From assembly GCA_036786155.1 (NCBI GenBank), contig DAIQRO010000007.1:1-35456 (forward strand): a DNA stretch of 35,456 nucleotides. Reading direction: 5' to 3'. Below the pieces are notes generated by a model. That model saw only the letters and a program-made list of their open reading frames with translations. It was not told the DNA's origin and made no database searches. The stretch is from Bacteroidota bacterium. GTDB lineage: Bacteria > Bacteroidota > Ignavibacteria > Tepidaquicellales > Tepidaquicellaceae. Made by a program: the position numbers and the translations under genes. Shown here piece by piece: positions 16,121 to 25,349 of this stretch (the first letter of the stretch is position 1; the number at the start of each line of letters is the position of its first letter).

Positions 16121-18646
16121 ATGAAAACTTTCAACATCTTGATGATTCTGATGACAATATTCCTCTCGGCTGTTCTTGAGATACAGGTCGCCCGGAGTGA
16201 GGGCAATGCCATTCAGAATCTCACACAGGTTGTTCCCAACAACTATTCTGCAACAGGCGGTACAGCCACATTTGTAGGTCCGCTTTCAGCTACACCAAGG
16301 ACTTACCAGTTGCTCATTCATCAGAATCAGCTGACCGGACTGGCTGGAAAAAATCTCAATGCGATCAGCTTCAGACTTCCGCAGTCAGCAACTTCAAGCT
16401 GGCCAACGGCAGGTGTCACTTATAACAATTACGACATATATCTCAGCGGAAGTGTTGATCCTGTCAACAGAAGCCTTACATTTGCAAACAATATCGTGGG
16501 TCCGCAGATTCAGGTCAGGTCAGGCCAGCTGACTATAAGTGCGGGATCATACAGTTCCGGCAGTAACCCGAATCAGTTCGGAACGGAAATAGCTTTCAAT
16601 ACTCCTTACTTTTACGGTGGTGGAAATCTGCTTGTTGAGATCAGGCAGAATGGATTCGCTGGCACATCAAGAAGTGTTGATGCCATCGGCACATCCACTC
16701 CCGGATACGCAACAAATGTCAGCGCTTGCTGGACCGGAAGTTACACCGGCACAACAGGTTCGCAGGGAAACTTTTCTATTGTGCAACTTTCAACAGCTAA
16801 AGACACCATTCAGCCCATACTTAACTTATTTCAGATAGATTACGAAATGAACGGATACCTCGAGTATGAATCTGACTGGGGAATGGTAAAGCTTACAACC
16901 AACGGTTACCCTAAACTCAAGTATTTCAATCTTTCTGTCCAAACCGCAGGAACAGAAACCATTTGGCAGGTGCAGAATGCAATTCTTTTCAACCAGGCTC
17001 CCTTCGGCGAACTTCAGTCCGTAACATTCGCTTTTGATATCGGTGACAAAGGCATCTCAGTGGCTAATGTTTTGATCGGATATTCTATAACCGATGACCC
17101 GGTCATTTCTCCTCCCCCCATAACGGAATCAGCGCTGGTATTTAACTACCTTTACAAAATTTTTGACGGATTTCCGTTCTTCAACCCGAATTCATTTGGA
17201 CTGAAAGTGCCTGTAGCAACGCCCTTTCAGAATACCGGAAGCATTAAGGACACTTCTTCTCACGGGGTTCAGGGGATGCCGAATCAGGACTGCGGCATAA
17301 AGGAATGTGCGCCTGTTGGATTTTCAAACAGCCTGAAGTTCCTGAGGAAAAAACATAGCCTGACATTCGACAGCGCTTATGCTTCTCTCGACAGCATGAA
17401 AAAGGCGACGGGCTTCAGCGGCGGCACTATGACGGCCGACAACTATTATCAGAACAAAGCAGATTACCTCAAGAAGAATAACATACCCATAACTACACGG
17501 AAGATAAGTAAAGACAGCATCTACTCCCTTCAAAAGGAACTCGATAATAATCAGGATGTGGAGATGTTCGTTTGGTGGTTCAATATCGACACCGTATCAG
17601 GCGATACAAGCACTGGCAGTCATATTGTTAATGTTACTAACGTAAAGAAACTTGGCGGCGGCAAGTATCAGATCACTGCACAGGATGACAGGGACCAGGG
17701 TAATGCCGGCGGTACGGAAAGCGAAACGGTTACTTATGACAGTGCGTCCAACAGGTTCACAAGCGGAACTTACAAGGCCTATGATCAGGGCGTTTACCAT
17801 TACGTTGTTGAATGTCCCAACAAGCTGACAACAGCACAGGTCTCTCCCCCAAATAATGCTCCCGCCGTTCCGCCGGGAAGCCCGCTCGTCTGGACCGCTG
17901 TTCCGGGAGCCGTATCATATTGGCTCGAAGTTGCAACGGATCCAATATTTGAATTTCCGGTGATCAATAACACAAACGTCACGGGCTCGAGCTATGTCCC
18001 TTCACTTCAACCTCTAACAACATACTTCTGGCGTGTCAGGGTCAATGATTCTGCCGGTCCCGGTTCCTATGTTTCGGTGTTTAACTTCACCACATCCTCA
18101 TTTGCGGTGCTCAATCTTACCGCACTCATACAGGGCTTCTACAATTCTTCAACAGACCTGATGATGCCCGACACAATGAGAGTGTATCTGCGAAATATGT
18201 TTCCTCCGTATTCTGTTGTTGATTCTGCTAAGGCATTGCTTGACGCAAACGGCAACGGTCAGTTTAATTTTGCAAATGCAGTTGACGGCATCCCGTACTA
18301 TATAGATCTGAACCACAGGAATTCAGTGCAAACATTCAGCAGCACAGGAGTACAGTTCAGTCTGGGGTCGGCATCATATGATTTCACTTTGTCTCAATTC
18401 CAGGCTTTCGGAAGCAACATGATAATGGTTGATGCCTCTCCAATACGTTTCGCAATCTACGGCGGCGATGTGAACAAGGACGGACTTGTGGATGCCACAG
18501 ATCTCGGGCAAATAGACAACGATGCATACAACTTCACAACAGGATATGTCGCCACTGATGTAACAGGAGACTCTTATGTTGACATTACCGACCTGGCATT
18601 GGCAGACAATAACGGGCTTAATTTTGTAGGAGCAATACTTCCCTGA
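16121..18646 (+). CDS. Large secreted multidomain protein. It has an N-terminal beta-rich region, a possible papain-like (C39-like) peptidase core, an FN3-like segment, and the C-terminal beta-sandwich-like plus dockerin-like module.
   Basis: I prefer the ATG at 16121 (MKTFNILMILMTIFLSAVLEIQVA, a signal peptide) over the track start at 16061. Features: NQDCGIKECAPVGFSNSLKFL ... GSHIVNVTNV ... AQDDRD; an FN3-like LVWTAVPGAVSYWLEVATDPIFEFP...TYFWRVRV; and a C-terminal GGDVNKDGLVDATDLGQIDND...TDVTGDSYVDITDLALADNN. Confidence 0.8.
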   Translation: MKTFNILMILMTIFLSAVLEIQVARSEGNAIQNLTQVVPNNYSATGGTATFVGPLSATPRTYQLLIHQNQLTGLAGKNLNAISFRLPQSATSSWPTAGVTYNNYDIYLSGSVDPVNRSLTFANNIVGPQIQVRSGQLTISAGSYSSGSNPNQFGTEIAFNTPYFYGGGNLLVEIRQNGFAGTSRSVDAIGTSTPGYATNVSACWTGSYTGTTGSQGNFSIVQLSTAKDTIQPILNLFQIDYEMNGYLEYESDWGMVKLTTNGYPKLKYFNLSVQTAGTETIWQVQNAILFNQAPFGELQSVTFAFDIGDKGISVANVLIGYSITDDPVISPPPITESALVFNYLYKIFDGFPFFNPNSFGLKVPVATPFQNTGSIKDTSSHGVQGMPNQDCGIKECAPVGFSNSLKFLRKKHSLTFDSAYASLDSMKKATGFSGGTMTADNYYQNKADYLKKNNIPITTRKISKDSIYSLQKELDNNQDVEMFVWWFNIDTVSGDTSTGSHIVNVTNVKKLGGGKYQITAQDDRDQGNAGGTESETVTYDSASNRFTSGTYKAYDQGVYHYVVECPNKLTTAQVSPPNNAPAVPPGSPLVWTAVPGAVSYWLEVATDPIFEFPVINNTNVTGSSYVPSLQPLTTYFWRVRVNDSAGPGSYVSVFNFTTSSFAVLNLTALIQGFYNSSTDLMMPDTMRVYLRNMFPPYSVVDSAKALLDANGNGQFNFANAVDGIPYYIDLNHRNSVQTFSSTGVQFSLGSASYDFTLSQFQAFGSNMIMVDASPIRFAIYGGDVNKDGLVDATDLGQIDNDAYNFTTGYVATDVTGDSYVDITDLALADNNGLNFVGAILP

Positions 18647-18700
18647 GAATAACAGATTTTTGTCTGTGTTTTGGTGGGATCTCTTCAATTGCATGCTCAG

Positions 18701-18727
18701 CCGCTTACCGGATATTCCGGTAGGCGG
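18701..18727 (+). terminator. Candidate intrinsic terminator between convergent genes
   Basis: CCGCTTACCGG (18701-18711) pairs with CCGGTAGGCGG (18717-18727), giving an 11-bp stem with one G-U pair and the loop atatt. It is followed by ttgtcatt and lies 55 nt after the stop of the 16121..18646 gene. Confidence 0.4.
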
Positions 18728-18876
18728 TTGTCATTCAGTTATTACCATTAAGATGTATTCAGAGATTCAGCATGAAATCAAATGTGTTGGAATATTGTCA
18801 CACTAAACTTTTCATGCTTACACAGGTACTTTTCTGAAAGATTGTTCCGGGCGCAATGCTCTCATTCGTTCCTGAG

Positions 18877-20316
18877 TCAGTTGCTAAGCTCAACGGCTTT
18901 CTCAATCAGCCACTCACGCTCTGCTGTGTTACTGTCTGAATGCAGGCTTTTCATTAGCTTATGCAGTGCAAAGTCATCAAAGTTGTACTTGATCCGGGCA
19001 AGCGATACGGTGTACTCGATGCATCTCTGCGCCCTGTTCTTCTGGGATTCTTTCATTACTCTGCTGTTTCTTAGAAAGTGTCTGTATGTGTCTGCATGAT
19101 TAAGAAGCATTTCAATGTCTGATAACTCGTAGAGTGTCTTAAGAATGAGCATCCTCACATCATTCTTGAAATATAGATTTTCATTGGTTGACGTAAAGAA
19201 CTTATTGAAACTCACTCTGTTTGAGAGCTCAAGTGACTTCTGAAAGTTCCTTTCAAGAAAAGCTAAATGTGCCTGCGAGTATGTCAGGATATCACTTCTG
19301 CTGTCATGCTTCACCATACCGGCATAATCATCCACGAACTTCTTCAGCTTCTTCACGTCCTTCATTTTGAAGAATGATATGAAGACATTCCTGTATAAGT
19401 TAAGATCAACCGCATTGAGCCTGTGCGAAGTGACGCTTCTTTTCAGCAAGTCAAGTAGCACATCGGTAAAGGTCCGTACAAAATCAGCTTCTCCGGCCTC
19501 TATCCGCTTGAGACAGACTGTCTGCATTGCAGAAAAGATATTCTTCCGGTCAAATAGTTCAAGCTTATCAAAATGCTTGCTGAAGATCTTGCGAGCCTTC
19601 TCAAATTCCGGGAGCTTGCCTTCACCAAAATAAACCTCCCACAAATGAAAGTAGATCATCAGAAGATGTTCATCACTGAAATCCTTCAGCCTCCCACGCA
19701 TGTATTTGAGTGAATGCTGCAGGTAACCGAAATCGTGCGAGATCAATATTCTTTGCTCTTCAACTGCGCACTGGAAATAGCTTTCGAGAAGATTAAGTAG
19801 AGAAAGATTTATCTTAAGCCTTATTGAATGAGCAATGTGTCTGTCAAAAAGAGTCCTGTCCGTATTGAGAAGATCCCTGGTGTCGCTGATGAAGATTTTG
19901 CCTGAATAATATTCCTGATCCTTGGACTCGTGATCTGCTGTCATTTGCTCCAGTGCCTTCAACTTCTTCAGGGCCAGTTCATTCATACCGCGGTCAACAA
20001 GTTCTTCAATTATGAACTTTGCCCTGTCTGACTTTGACGTGACGTGATGAGCAAGCAGATATTTCTCTGCAAGCAGGTTAAGATCGGAGAAAAGATTGCG
20101 AAGATATGATTCTTTGTATGGTGCATTTGGAAAAAATTTTCCGGACAGGCTTTCAAGGGAGATATCATAGTGCGGATGATAGCGACGAATCATTCTGAAC
20201 AGCCTTAGCGCCTTCCTATTCTTGTTCAGAAAAGGCGAATTGAGAAAATCATCAAACTGCTTCAGCTCATGCTCCGTAAAAGTGCTGATGATCCTGAGGG
20301 CTCTGTTCTTCTTCAT
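18877..20316 (-). CDS. All-helical protein of unknown function (479 aa). Paralog of 30362..31825.
   Basis: ATG at 20316. The N-terminus ...FTEHELKQFDDFLNSPFLNKNRKALRLFRMIRRYHPHYD aligns with ...LDKASFARLGKFVASPYFNSNRKLTALYRYLSKFHPEFD in the other copy. The remainder is a helical-repeat-like sequence rich in K, E and L. No signal peptide, TM segment or recognisable catalytic motif. Confidence 0.75.
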   Translation of the reverse strand: MKKNRALRIISTFTEHELKQFDDFLNSPFLNKNRKALRLFRMIRRYHPHYDISLESLSGKFFPNAPYKESYLRNLFSDLNLLAEKYLLAHHVTSKSDRAKFIIEELVDRGMNELALKKLKALEQMTADHESKDQEYYSGKIFISDTRDLLNTDRTLFDRHIAHSIRLKINLSLLNLLESYFQCAVEEQRILISHDFGYLQHSLKYMRGRLKDFSDEHLLMIYFHLWEVYFGEGKLPEFEKARKIFSKHFDKLELFDRKNIFSAMQTVCLKRIEAGEADFVRTFTDVLLDLLKRSVTSHRLNAVDLNLYRNVFISFFKMKDVKKLKKFVDDYAGMVKHDSRSDILTYSQAHLAFLERNFQKSLELSNRVSFNKFFTSTNENLYFKNDVRMLILKTLYELSDIEMLLNHADTYRHFLRNSRVMKESQKNRAQRCIEYTVSLARIKYNFDDFALHKLMKSLHSDSNTAEREWLIEKAVELSN

Positions 20317-20375
20317 GATAAGGCAAATTAATTCATCCGTTTCAAAAAGTCAGGATGCAATTTAGAAAAAATTTC

Positions 20376-20407
20376 TTTGGAGATCGGATAATGCCGCCAT
20401 AATTTTG
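20376..20407 (+). promoter_or_regulatory. Candidate Bacteroidota-type promoter (-33 TTTG / -7 TAnnTTTG)
   Basis: TTTG at 20376-20379, a 20-nt spacer, then TAATTTTG at 20400-20407. The box ends 32 nt upstream of the ATG at 20440. Confidence 0.35.
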
Positions 20408-20439
20408 CCCATGTTCTTAAACCAAAAGAGAAAATACAC

Positions 20440-21249
20440 ATGGAAGAATTAACAATTCAACCGCACAATAAGAAGGCCTCAGTTGTGTGGGGATCTGCAG
20501 GAGAGAGGTACGATAACATCAGCAGCTCGATCTCTGATGCTATTGAACACTGTATTCAAAGACTTGATCCAAAACCGGGCGAAAAGATCATAGATGTGGC
20601 AACAGGCACCGGCTGGGCCGCGAGAAGAATTGCGGCAAGAGGTGCAAAGGTCACTGGGGTTGATATTGGCTCGGAGCTGATAGAAGCCGCCAAACAACAT
20701 CCCGGAAACACCGCGCTCGAGATCAACTTCCGGATAGGTGATGCGGATGCACTTCCGTTCGATGACGGGGCATTTGACGGGGTTGTTTCAACATTCGGAG
20801 TAATGTTTTCAAGCCGTCCGGAAATAGCTGCTAAAGAACTGGCACGCGTTTGCAGGAAAGGCGGCCGTGTGGCTCTTACAACATGGGCGCCCGGAAGCAC
20901 AATCGCGGGAATGTTTAAGGTGATGAAGCCGTATATGAATTTGCCTTCAATACCGCCGCCATCTCCTTTCGAATGGGGAAGCACCGAAAGAATTGTTGAT
21001 CTGCTCGGAGAGCATTTTGAACTGAAATTCGAATCGGGACTTTCATTCTGCCGCGAAGAGAACGGAAACGCAGTGTGGAATCTTTTCTCTAAGTGCTACG
21101 GTCCGGCTAAGACTCTTGCAGATTCGCTTGAAGAAGGAAGAAGGCAAAAACTGAGAGAGGAGTTCGTCAGATTTCATGAAAACTTCATGACTGAAATGGG
21201 GGTCTCTATGCCAAGAGAATACCTTGTAACGATAGGTGTTAAGAAATAG
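20440..21249 (+). CDS. Class I SAM-dependent methyltransferase (Methyltransf_11-like), 269 aa
   Basis: Motif I is KIIDVATGTGWAARRIAARGAKVTGVDI. Post-I/II region: GDADALPFDDGAFDGVVSTFGVMF. Motif III: GGRVALTTW. Confidence 0.85.
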   Translation: MEELTIQPHNKKASVVWGSAGERYDNISSSISDAIEHCIQRLDPKPGEKIIDVATGTGWAARRIAARGAKVTGVDIGSELIEAAKQHPGNTALEINFRIGDADALPFDDGAFDGVVSTFGVMFSSRPEIAAKELARVCRKGGRVALTTWAPGSTIAGMFKVMKPYMNLPSIPPPSPFEWGSTERIVDLLGEHFELKFESGLSFCREENGNAVWNLFSKCYGPAKTLADSLEEGRRQKLREEFVRFHENFMTEMGVSMPREYLVTIGVKK

Positions 21250-21265
21250 GTGCAAACGTGATTGC

Positions 21266-21314
21266 GGGCCCTGCTCCGGAAATCAACTCCGGAGCATCTG
21301 GCCCTGTATTTTTT
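21266..21314 (+). terminator. Rho-independent terminator
   Basis: GGGCC(21266-70)..GCTCCGGA(21273-80), loop aatcaac, then TCCGGAGC(21288-95)..GGCCC(21300-04), followed by tgtatttttt (21305-21314). It begins 17 nt after the methyltransferase stop. Confidence 0.7.
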
Positions 21315-21369
21315 CAATCAGGCATAGACGCTTTGAAGAGAAATACTCAAAGTTCATGCAAAAGATGGA

Positions 21370-21575
21370 TTCACTAACGAATGTTTCAGATCTGCGCAAT
21401 CCACACAATCTGCGGGAGCTGCCCATGTGAATAATTTCGAGATATGGCCGCTTCACCACCTGCAGATCTGCGTCAATCCGCGCAATCTGCGGGAGATATC
21501 CAGTGAATAATGTCGGGAAAAACCCATATTCTTCCACCGGGGATCATTACAGTCCGCGTAATCTGCGGGAGAAAC
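21370..21575. repeat. Second array (three units) of the same ~77 bp REP-like element
   Basis: AATCTGCGGGAG occurs at 21407, 21484 and 21560 (spacing 77 and 76 bp). It has the same upstream GATCTGCG.CAATCCGCGC arm and related inter-core segments (catgtgaataatttcgagatatggccgcttcaccacc). It lies between convergent genes. Confidence 0.85.
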
Positions 21576-21640
21576 TACAAGATGTGATCGTGCAGGAGAT
21601 TCATTCAATCACAGCTCTCATCGGCGCACGTGCCTTCCCC

Positions 21641-22765
21641 TCACGGATAGATCATCAGAAAAATGAATGCAAGAAGGTTCATCAGCAGAATAATGCCGTA
21701 GATTATGTTTGACCTTCCGCTCGTAAGCGACAGGATCAGTATCACTATCGACAGCCCCAGAAGTATGATCGACTTTATGTCAAGCCCAAGGATAAGGTTC
21801 ATGCCTAGCATGCCGCTCACTACCGCAACGCTTGGAATTGTAAGTCCGATGCTTGCCAGCGCAGAACCCAGCGCAAGGTTCAGGCTCGTCTGAACTTTGT
21901 TGTTTGCCGCAGCAAAAATTGCCGCAATGCCCTCCGGCAAGAGTATGACAGCAGCAATGATAACACCCACCAGTGACTTCGGCAGATTGTTCCTCACTAC
22001 AAACGACTCTATGGTTGGCGAAAGCTGTTTTGCAAGCAGCACCACTATGCCAAGGCTTATCAGGAGGAAAATCAGGCTGACTGTAAGAACCGTGCTGCTG
22101 ATCATGATCGGATCTTTGCTGGACATATTGTCATCCGCAAGAAAATACTCCCTGTGCCTAGTGGTCTGTGCAAAAAGGAATGAAGCATATATGATAAGGC
22201 ATGTAATGGATACGAACACGAGCTGTGGCTTTGAGAAGTAAGGTCCTTCCACGCTTGTTGTGTATGATGGAAAGATCATAGTGAATACGAGTATGGATAC
22301 TATTGACACAAGCCCGATGGTTGCGGAGTGTTTTGAAAAGCTCTGCTCGCGGAAACGCAGTCCGCCAATGAAAAGACATATTCCGATTATCCCGTTGAGA
22401 ATGAGCATCGTTGCGGAAAACACCGTATCTCTTGCGAGCGCCTCCGCCTGCTGTCCTCCAGAGATCATGAGTGATATGATGATCGAAACTTCTATGATCG
22501 TCACTGCTACTGCAAGTATGATTGTTCCGAACGGCTCTCCCACCCTGTGGGCAATGATCTCCGAATGATGCACAGCAGACATTATGCTGAGCATAAGAAG
22601 TATGCCCGCAAGAGCTTTGAAAAATGCACTGTCAACTGCTAGTCCGGAAAAGAGGAGCGCCCATGCAAGCAGTGGAATCATTATCGTCCATTGAAGCAGT
22701 AGTCTCATCTGTCTTTGCGGAGTGTAAATATTGTTCTTGAAATGTGATCCGTCTGCCGTCGGCAT
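21641..22765 (-). CDS. chaA: Ca2+/H+ antiporter, CaCA superfamily (ChaA-like), 374 aa
   Basis: About 10-11 TM helices. The two alpha-repeat-like regions include LLPEGIAAIFAAANNKVQTSLNLALGSALASIGLTIP, which closely resembles ChaA-type exchangers as I recall them. An alternative start at the internal MRLLLQ is possible. Confidence 0.7.
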   Translation of the reverse strand: MPTADGSHFKNNIYTPQRQMRLLLQWTIMIPLLAWALLFSGLAVDSAFFKALAGILLMLSIMSAVHHSEIIAHRVGEPFGTIILAVAVTIIEVSIIISLMISGGQQAEALARDTVFSATMLILNGIIGICLFIGGLRFREQSFSKHSATIGLVSIVSILVFTMIFPSYTTSVEGPYFSKPQLVFVSITCLIIYASFLFAQTTRHREYFLADDNMSSKDPIMISSTVLTVSLIFLLISLGIVVLLAKQLSPTIESFVVRNNLPKSLVGVIIAAVILLPEGIAAIFAAANNKVQTSLNLALGSALASIGLTIPSVAVVSGMLGMNLILGLDIKSIILLGLSIVILILSLTSGRSNIIYGIILLMNLLAFIFLMIYP

Positions 22766-22851
22766 AGAAAATTCCTGCGCAATGGTAACGGATGAGTTGA
22801 TAGATCATTCCCCGCTGTTGCTGCAAATTATGCCTGCCGCGGAGAATTGCG

Positions 22852-23319
22852 CTACTTAATGGTCTTGAGGTCCCTCAACAGCCATCCACGGTACTCTGCA
22901 TTCTCTATCTTCTCTGAGATCATCAGCGCCTTCTTCAGATACTCCAGCATCTTCTTCCTGTTCTTTGCCTTCATCTCGGCCCGCGCAAGTGCTTCGTATG
23001 CATAGGCAAGATAGAACGGTTCCACATCTTTTCCCTTACTGCTTGCAAGGCAAAGCTTCGCATACTTCAGGGCGTTATGAGGTTCATTTGCCAGGGCAAA
23101 GACTCTCGCCAACTGCCAGTATCCGATGGAGTAATTCGTCATGGTGCAATCCGGCCTCTGCATCCAGTGCCAGAGAGATGCAAAGCTAGTAGCTATCATT
23201 TCATTGTTCTCTTGCTGAGTTCTCTTCTTCTTGTCGATGAACTCCCACGTTTTATTGAAACACCCTGCCGAAAAATGCCTGTGTGCTTCCGCAGTGTTGA
23301 ATCCGGATTTCTTCTTCAT
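22852..23319 (-). CDS. Small helical (TPR-like) conserved hypothetical protein, 155 aa
   Basis: Clean ORF with ATG at 23319. The sequence is helical (FNKTWEFIDKK...EMIATSFASLWHWMQ...GYWQLARVFALANEPHNALKYAKLCL). No named family recognised. Confidence 0.6.
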   Translation of the reverse strand: MKKKSGFNTAEAHRHFSAGCFNKTWEFIDKKKRTQQENNEMIATSFASLWHWMQRPDCTMTNYSIGYWQLARVFALANEPHNALKYAKLCLASSKGKDVEPFYLAYAYEALARAEMKAKNRKKMLEYLKKALMISEKIENAEYRGWLLRDLKTIK

Positions 23320-23345
23320 GAATGTGTCTGTAATGTTGTTTGATG

Positions 23346-23353
23346 CAAAGATA
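23346..23353 (-). promoter_or_regulatory. Candidate -7 box (TAnnTTTG) for 22852..23319
   Basis: The plus-strand CAAAGATA reads TATCTTTG on the minus strand, 26 nt upstream of the ATG at 23319. I found no clear -33 TTTG. Confidence 0.3.
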
Positions 23354-23674
23354 AGAAAATTAGGTATCAGGAGATACTTATCTGCGGGAATCTTTCATGC
23401 ACCGCAACTTCTGCATTTCCTGTTCTATTTGGCAAGTTCTTCATTTACTTCTGAGAATTGAAGATTGGGGATGAGATTTGTATTTTGAGAACAAACTCTG
23501 TTCAAAACCATTCTCACATCTGTAGTATGCCATCAGTATTCCATCACCGTTTGACGGACAATTGAAGTTAATCGGAGTGCAAAGTTTCGGAATATATTAA
23601 AGAGTTTGTATGAACAGTAAATTGATGAAGGAGTGTGTACCAGACATTTGCATGTTGAATATGTTTTTTAGCTT

Positions 23675-24055
23675 ATGGCAATTCAGTGTGAATTTATCGA
23701 TATTTTAATTCCAATAGACAGGATTGACAAAGTCTATCCCGGAGGATTCTCAAAATTCAAACATGACAATCACGAATGATTCTCTGGTAGTTTGTGGCAT
23801 GATCAATTCCTTTTCAGGGACGGTGCCATGAATCCGATGGACATAAAATTTATTGCCGAAGAATGGGAGAAGATGGGATTGCAGGGAATCGTGGATATAG
23901 AGGATCACAAACAGTGGAAAGACTTCTGTGTTGTGGAAGGAATGTTAGGCGGACCAACATTGCCATGCGAATGGATTGAATACGACGCAATCGATAATTG
24001 CGTCTATATGAAAGGCAAACCCAAAGGTCAGATTGTTGGCAGAGAAAGACGATGA
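23675..24055 (+). pseudogene. Conserved hypothetical gene interrupted by one in-frame TGA (23777-23779)
   Basis: The ATG at 23675 opens MAIQCEFIDILIPIDRIDKVYPGGFSKFKHDNHE. A TGA follows, and the same frame then continues FSGSLWHDQFLFRDGAMNPMDIKFIAEEWEKMGL... to the stop at 24053-55. The ORF track shows only the downstream part, from a TTG at 23792. Confidence 0.6.
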
Positions 24056-24176
24056 CAATGTTCATTGATGCGTTTTGCCGAAGTGACGTTTGAAGTGCTT
24101 CTTTGCGTTTGCCAATTTGAAGTGCTGTTGTTGAATTTTTCTGCGAGAAGATTCGCCACATTCACTAATCAGTAAA

Positions 24177-24701
24177 ATGCATAAAGCATTCAAACAACCT
24201 ACCGCAACCAAAATGCCGTACAACAAACCCGACATAACACTCAGACGAACAGTAGTTGCCGACCTGGAAAGCCTGTTTCAGTTTCAGCACGACAGCGAAG
24301 CGGCCTTTATGGCGGCGTTTACTCCAAAGGACCCTGCTGACAAAACAGCATATATGGAGAAGTATTCAAAGCTGTTGAGCGATCCTTCAGTAAATAATCA
24401 GACGATCATGGTTGACAATGTTATCGCAGGAAGCATTGCGAAGTTTATTCTTGCCGGAGATGCGGAAATAACTTATTGGTTAGATAAGAAATTCTGGGGG
24501 CAAGGCATTGCTACAATTGCGCTTCAGAACTTTCTTGATATTGAAACGGCAAGGCCCATCTTTGCAAGAGTTGCATGTGATAACTTTGGCTCGCAAAGAG
24601 TCCTGGAAAAATCCGGATTTGTAAGGATCGGCTCCGACAAGGGCTTTGCAAATGCACGGCATGCTGAGATAGAAGAATTCATTTACAGACTTGACTTCTG
24701 A
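24177..24701 (+). CDS. GNAT family N-acetyltransferase (RimJ/RimL-like), 174 aa
   Basis: ITLRRTVVADLESLFQFQHD..., acetyl-CoA motif A YWLDKKFWGQGIATIALQNFLD, then ARVACDNFGSQRVLEKSGF. An alternative start at 24213 (MPYNKPD) is possible. Confidence 0.8.
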   Translation: MHKAFKQPTATKMPYNKPDITLRRTVVADLESLFQFQHDSEAAFMAAFTPKDPADKTAYMEKYSKLLSDPSVNNQTIMVDNVIAGSIAKFILAGDAEITYWLDKKFWGQGIATIALQNFLDIETARPIFARVACDNFGSQRVLEKSGFVRIGSDKGFANARHAEIEEFIYRLDF

Positions 24702-24821
24702 CACCTGTATATGAACTCTCATTGCACCTTATTTTGTGCTAGCTTAGGCAAGAGAATCTGTCACCGCGGAAGCGCTAAAACATAAACCTGGCAAATTGAC
24801 ATCTCATCAGAACATCTTTTT

Positions 24822-25301
24822 ATGACAAGAAGCAAAATACTTCAGATGCACAATGTCGGCATCGTAGTGGAATCGCTTGATAAGGCCATTTCCTTTTTTG
24901 AAGAGATCGGTCTTAAACTTGAAGGACGCGCAATGGTTGAAGGCGAGTGGGCGGGACGCGTAACAGGACTTGGAGTTCAGTCTGTCGAGATTGCAATGAT
25001 GGTTACCCCCGACGGACACAGCCGGATTGAGCTTTCACATTTCATCACCCCTCATACCGTATCAGATCACAGGACAGCCCCGGTTAATTCACTCGGCTAT
25101 CTGCGAATCATGTTCGCGGTTGATAACATTGATGAGTTGCTGTCAAGACTAACCGGTCACGGCGCTGAACTCGTCGGAGAAGTTGTTAACTATGAGAACA
25201 TCTACAGGCTCTGTTACATCCGAGGGCCGGAAGGAATACTTCTTGGACTGGCCCAACAGCTCGGCAATAAGACCGCTACAGACGTTCTGGAAAAATCCTG
25301 A
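24822..25301 (+). CDS. VOC (glyoxalase/bleomycin-resistance/dioxygenase) family protein, 159 aa
   Basis: MHNVGIVVESLDKAISFFEEIGLKLEGR... and a second half-domain LGYLRIMFAVDNIDELLSRLTGHGAELVGEV...CYIRGPEGILLGL. Confidence 0.75.
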   Translation: MTRSKILQMHNVGIVVESLDKAISFFEEIGLKLEGRAMVEGEWAGRVTGLGVQSVEIAMMVTPDGHSRIELSHFITPHTVSDHRTAPVNSLGYLRIMFAVDNIDELLSRLTGHGAELVGEVVNYENIYRLCYIRGPEGILLGLAQQLGNKTATDVLEKS

Positions 25302-25349
25302 ACCGGAATGCCAACTATTCCGGTCAAAAACCTTTTGATCAATAATCAC

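Noticed and set aside
20556-20984. 142-aa minus-strand ORF opposite the methyltransferase (and 20479..20700)
   Set aside because: It is antisense to a gene with clear SAM-binding motifs. It is Pro/Ser/Ala-rich with no recognisable features.
23320-23674. Possible small RNA or tRNA in the 355-bp gap before the 23675 pseudogene, and in other large gaps (18647..18876, 15742..16120)
   Set aside because: I found no tRNA-like T-arm or acceptor pattern and no strong stem-loop plus U-tract. There are only weak imperfect inverted repeats, which is not enough to call a feature by eye.
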